A stretch of DNA of 64,000 nt from Gemmatales bacterium (GTDB taxonomy: Bacteria > Planctomycetota > Planctomycetia > Gemmatales > HRBIN36): contig JBEPZY010000001.1 in assembly GCA_041640595.1 (NCBI GenBank), positions 672,001 to 736,000 on the forward strand, read 5' to 3'. The notes beneath the pieces are model-generated. The model was not told where the DNA came from and made no database searches. It worked only from the letters and a program-made list of their open reading frames with translations. Positions within the stretch are counted from its first letter, which is position 1. Every line of letters starts with the position of its first letter. Shown here in pieces: positions 62,196-64,000 of the stretch. Made by a program: the position numbers and the translations under genes.

Positions 62196-63794
62196 ATGCT
62201 GAAGGTGCACGAAATGGTGGCGCACACGCACCAGGCTTGGCTCGTCGGGCTTCTTGCTTTCGTGGTAACCGGTGGTGTCGTAACAGGTAGTGATCCTGCT
62301 TCATCGCTGTTAGTGCAGCAAGCATTGCGGGAAGCCCGGCTCTGCTTGCAACGCGGCGAAGCGGGCACTGCTGTACGCGTGCTGGAACGTCAGCTACCTC
62401 ATATCAACGGCGATGCGGCGTACCTGGAACTCTTAGGGCAAGCCTACGAAGCCTACCTAATCGAGTTGCACCAGCTAGGCCGCACAGATCTGTTGCCGAC
62501 TTATTTAGACCGACTGGCCATTATCAATCCGTCCCGGGCAGGAAGCCTGCGCGAGCGGTGGCAAGTTTCTCCGGTCAACGAGCTGGCCGCTCATCGCATC
62601 GTGGCACGCGGTCGCATGGATGATGAACCACCCCTTAGTACCGTCCGTTTGGAAGATTTACTATCCTCGGCCGACGACGCCTTCACGCAGGGACATTATC
62701 CCCGAGCGCGACTCCTTTATTGGCGCGCTTATCACAGTGGACAGTCTCTGTCTCTGCTTCAGCGGCAGCGTTGGGCCTACTCCATTCTGCATGAGGTCTA
62801 TACTCGCTTGCAGCAACCAGCTTTGAACAATCCTTACTGGCCCGTCATCTATAGTGAAGCCCGACATGCTTTAGAGCTGGTGCCTGATTGGCCATTCGCC
62901 CAGCAAATTGTCAAGGAAGTAGAGCTAAGGCTTCACGGATACCGGCTTCCTATTCAGCACGAAGCTGCTCGTCGCGGAGAATGGTACGTAAGCCGTTCGA
63001 CACATTTTCGCATCTATCATCAGCAGGCGGGGCTAGCCGAGCGTGTGCTCGTACAGGCTGAACAAACGCTCTATGCAACCACCTGGTTCTGGTTTGGCGA
63101 ACTGGAACCACCGAACTGGACCAATCCATGCGACATTTACCTGCATCCTGATGGCCAGACATTCGCCCGAAGCACGGGTGTCCACCCCACCGCCTGTGGT
63201 TTCTCTACACTCACGCATGATAGCCACACTTCGGGCCGAATCGTCGCCAGACGTATAGACCTCAATGCCCAGGCCCCGGATTTGCTTATCCGCATTGTGC
63301 CACACGAAACGACACACATCGCCCTGGCTGGTCGGTTTGGCGACCGACCTTTGCCACGATGGGCCGATGAAGCACTGGCTATTCTGGCAGAGCCTGCCGA
63401 GTTCCGTCAGCATTACCGCGAGCAAGCACGCCGTGCATGCCAACAGAAGGTCGCTTTACCTATCGAAACGCTCATTACCCTGGAGGATTATCCTGCTCAG
63501 TTCCAACCCACTATCTTTTACGGGCAAAGTTTGCTTCTGATAGAATACTTGCTTCAACATAAAGGCAGGTGGAACTTAGTGCACTTCCTGGCAGAAGTGC
63601 GCCGCCTGGGTTTTGAGCCGGCGCTACGGCAATGTTATGGATTGGCATCCCTGGCAGAACTGGCCGAGAACGCCTGGCAACGCAACTTTTTGCCGCCACA
63701 AAATCAGATTTCTCAATTATCCGCGCCTTTTGCCCCTGGTGTGAATTCGAACGCTAAGTCGCAGACCTTGCATTATGGCTGGAATCGCCGCTAG
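62196..63794 (+). CDS. Exported zincin (peptidase MA-like) protein with N-terminal TPR-like helices
   Basis: PHETTH zinc motif, PLPRWADEALA, FYGQS; signal-like N-terminus. Confidence 0.8.
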   Translation: MLKVHEMVAHTHQAWLVGLLAFVVTGGVVTGSDPASSLLVQQALREARLCLQRGEAGTAVRVLERQLPHINGDAAYLELLGQAYEAYLIELHQLGRTDLLPTYLDRLAIINPSRAGSLRERWQVSPVNELAAHRIVARGRMDDEPPLSTVRLEDLLSSADDAFTQGHYPRARLLYWRAYHSGQSLSLLQRQRWAYSILHEVYTRLQQPALNNPYWPVIYSEARHALELVPDWPFAQQIVKEVELRLHGYRLPIQHEAARRGEWYVSRSTHFRIYHQQAGLAERVLVQAEQTLYATTWFWFGELEPPNWTNPCDIYLHPDGQTFARSTGVHPTACGFSTLTHDSHTSGRIVARRIDLNAQAPDLLIRIVPHETTHIALAGRFGDRPLPRWADEALAILAEPAEFRQHYREQARRACQQKVALPIETLITLEDYPAQFQPTIFYGQSLLLIEYLLQHKGRWNLVHFLAEVRRLGFEPALRQCYGLASLAELAENAWQRNFLPPQNQISQLSAPFAPGVNSNAKSQTLHYGWNRR

Positions 63795-63954
63795 GCTTGC
63801 GTTTAGGCTCACATTTAGAAGGATTACGCAGAAGATGCGAGGCTGTGACCGCTAGCAATTCCCCTAGGCCGATTGGTACCGAGATTGCGACCGATACACG
63901 GCCGGAAAACAAACCCATGTGTGTGCTTTACCAGGTCTAGACCAGGAGGCCCCT

Positions 63955-64000
63955 ATGACCCGTCTGTGCGTTTATGAGGACCCGGTTGTTGACAGCTTAG
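63955..64000 (+). CDS. 5' end of a CDS running off the window (MTRLCVYEDPVVDSL...), possibly a GlmU-like sugar nucleotidyltransferase
   Basis: AGGAGG RBS then ATG 63955; only 15 codons visible. Confidence 0.45.
   Translation, partial: MTRLCVYEDPVVDSL

Overview
This is a gene-dense chromosomal segment from a planctomycete, most likely Gemmatales/Gemmataceae-like. That assignment is inferred from two DUF1559 prepilin-type proteins, a PVC-type heme-binding dehydrogenase, a TIGR03067-like protein, a BBP7-like beta-barrel, an insertion-bearing signal peptidase I and an 'LESR-x-x-PA' export motif. Housekeeping and metabolic genes include lepA-lepB, kbl, glmS, dtd, a GH57 enzyme, a UxaA-family dehydratase, a 2-oxoacid:ferredoxin oxidoreductase flanked by CBS proteins, and formylmethanofuran dehydrogenase-like subunits C, D and B. 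The main result is a selenoprotein locus at 52.7-55.1 kb that the ORF track truncates: three adjacent genes each carry one in-frame TGA. They are SelD (CAG-U-AGK), an Rdx/SelW-like protein (CYQU), and an unrecognised 294-aa putative exported protein (signal-like N-terminus, then C-S-G-S-T-U), which is a candidate new selenoprotein family. All three have C(A/G)GGTGC in a hairpin 25-34 nt after the UGA, a putative lineage SECIS. Other points of interest are an ExbB/ExbD-like motor with two unknown membrane proteins, a His/Tyr-type MauG-like diheme enzyme, a lower-GC four-repeat beta-helix protein, an orphan two-gene membrane module, and two intergenic degenerate direct-repeat pairs. I found no tRNA, rRNA, transposase or bona fide CRISPR array. 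All family calls come from recognising motifs by eye, not from database searches.
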